Source: Cycas panzhihuaensis
Taxonomy: Eukaryota; Plantae; Cycadophyta
Reading direction: 5' to 3'
DNA: 64,000 nucleotides
Assembly (NCBI GenBank): GCA_023213395.1
Contig: CM041465.1
Coordinates: 205,351,741-205,415,740 of the forward strand
The notes beneath the pieces are model-generated. The model was not told the origin of the DNA. It searched no databases and was given only the letters and a program-made list of their open reading frames with translations. This document shows, piece after piece, positions 63,310 through 64,000 of this stretch; position 1 is the stretch's first letter, and each line of letters starts with the position of its first letter. The position numbers were made by a program, and so were the translations under genes.

Positions 63310-64000
63310 TGAGTGGAAAGCTAACATGGAGTTAGTATTGATGGTGAATCAACTCTAGGCAATTACTAAGGTGAAGGTGGATGCTATCCCATTTGACTAT
63401 AAAGAATGTATGAAACTTAAGGAGAAGTAATTTATAGCCATTAGATTATTAAAGTTATCACTAGCACTAGACCAGAGGGATTTGGTTCATAACTTAGAGT
63501 AGCCAAATAAAATCAAGGCAAAATTATATCAAACTTTTGAGAAAAAGAAGATGAATAGATGTTTGGCCTTAATGTTGAAGCTTCTCAATTCTAGAGTAGA
63601 AGATGAGACTAATATAAGTTCCTACCTAAATAAAATCACTGACTTGATGAATAAGCTAAAAGAGTTAAAGCTAAAATTAATCGATGATGCACTCTTATTT
63701 GTAATAATCTTGTCAAAGTTACTAACTGCTTTTGCCATTGTTTAGACCATTTATGGTAGAGATGAGGTGATGCAGGTAGAGATATTTGATGGCATAAAGA
63801 ACCTTATTCTAGTAGAGGATGCTAAGTTAAAACATCATGGGATGCTTAGAGGTTTCGAATTGAGTCAGGCCTTATGAAGATACAGAGGAGAGAGGTCATT
63901 CAAGAGGAGACGTACACACATAGGTCTAGGGAAGACTCCCGAGAAAAGAAGAAATTCACTGGTAAATATAACTACTACAAAAAGGAAGGCCATAGAGAAA
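63310..64000 (+). pseudogene. Copia gag (UBN2-type), disrupted
   Basis: ORF 63551..63745 (ISSYLNKITDLMNKLKEL...IILSKL) and a degenerate zinc knuckle YNYYKKEGH at ~63967-63993. Confidence 0.8.

Larger units (their letters stand above)
61641..64000 (+). mobile_element. 5' portion of a Ty1/Copia element (LTR, PBS, long leader, gag), continuing beyond the window
   Basis: ...TTCCTTAACA|TGGTATCAAAGT (PBS 61859-61870); candidate LTR start TGTTAACA at 61641 (uncertain); gag downstream. Confidence 0.78.

Overview
AT-rich, strongly CpG-depleted plant nuclear DNA made mostly of old, nested retrotransposons. A gymnosperm origin is inferred from the element lineages and decay pattern, not proven. Main contents: (1) a ~27-kb Ty3/Gypsy Tat-type element (1450-28331) with ~2.46-kb LTRs, an Arg-type PBS, decayed gag-PR-RT-RH-INT, a 132-bp tandem array, and an archaeal-type RNase H remnant ~5.6 kb downstream of integrase; (2) a complete Ty1/Copia element (2441-9997, perfect TTTTG TSD) splitting the Tat 5' LTR; (3) a ~1-kb CpG-retaining non-TE island (~30500-31410) with a TATA box, uORF, 91-aa orphan ORF, RNA-structure potential and several miRNA-like sites, the only candidate host locus; (4) a 4-kb non-coding LTR element (36226-40235) whose LTRs each contain a duplicated U5/PBS; (5) a near full-length RNase-H-bearing L1 LINE (41018-53421, 17-bp TSD) interrupted by (6) a rearranged CRM-like chromovirus (41934-48797) with three LTR copies forming nested inverted repeats; (7) a decayed minus-strand Gypsy RH-INT remnant (~58385-60240); (8) the 5' part of another Copia running off the right edge. 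All TE reading frames are broken, mostly by C>T/G>A transitions. No rRNA, tRNA, CRISPR or recognisable host protein family was found. All alignments were done by eye.
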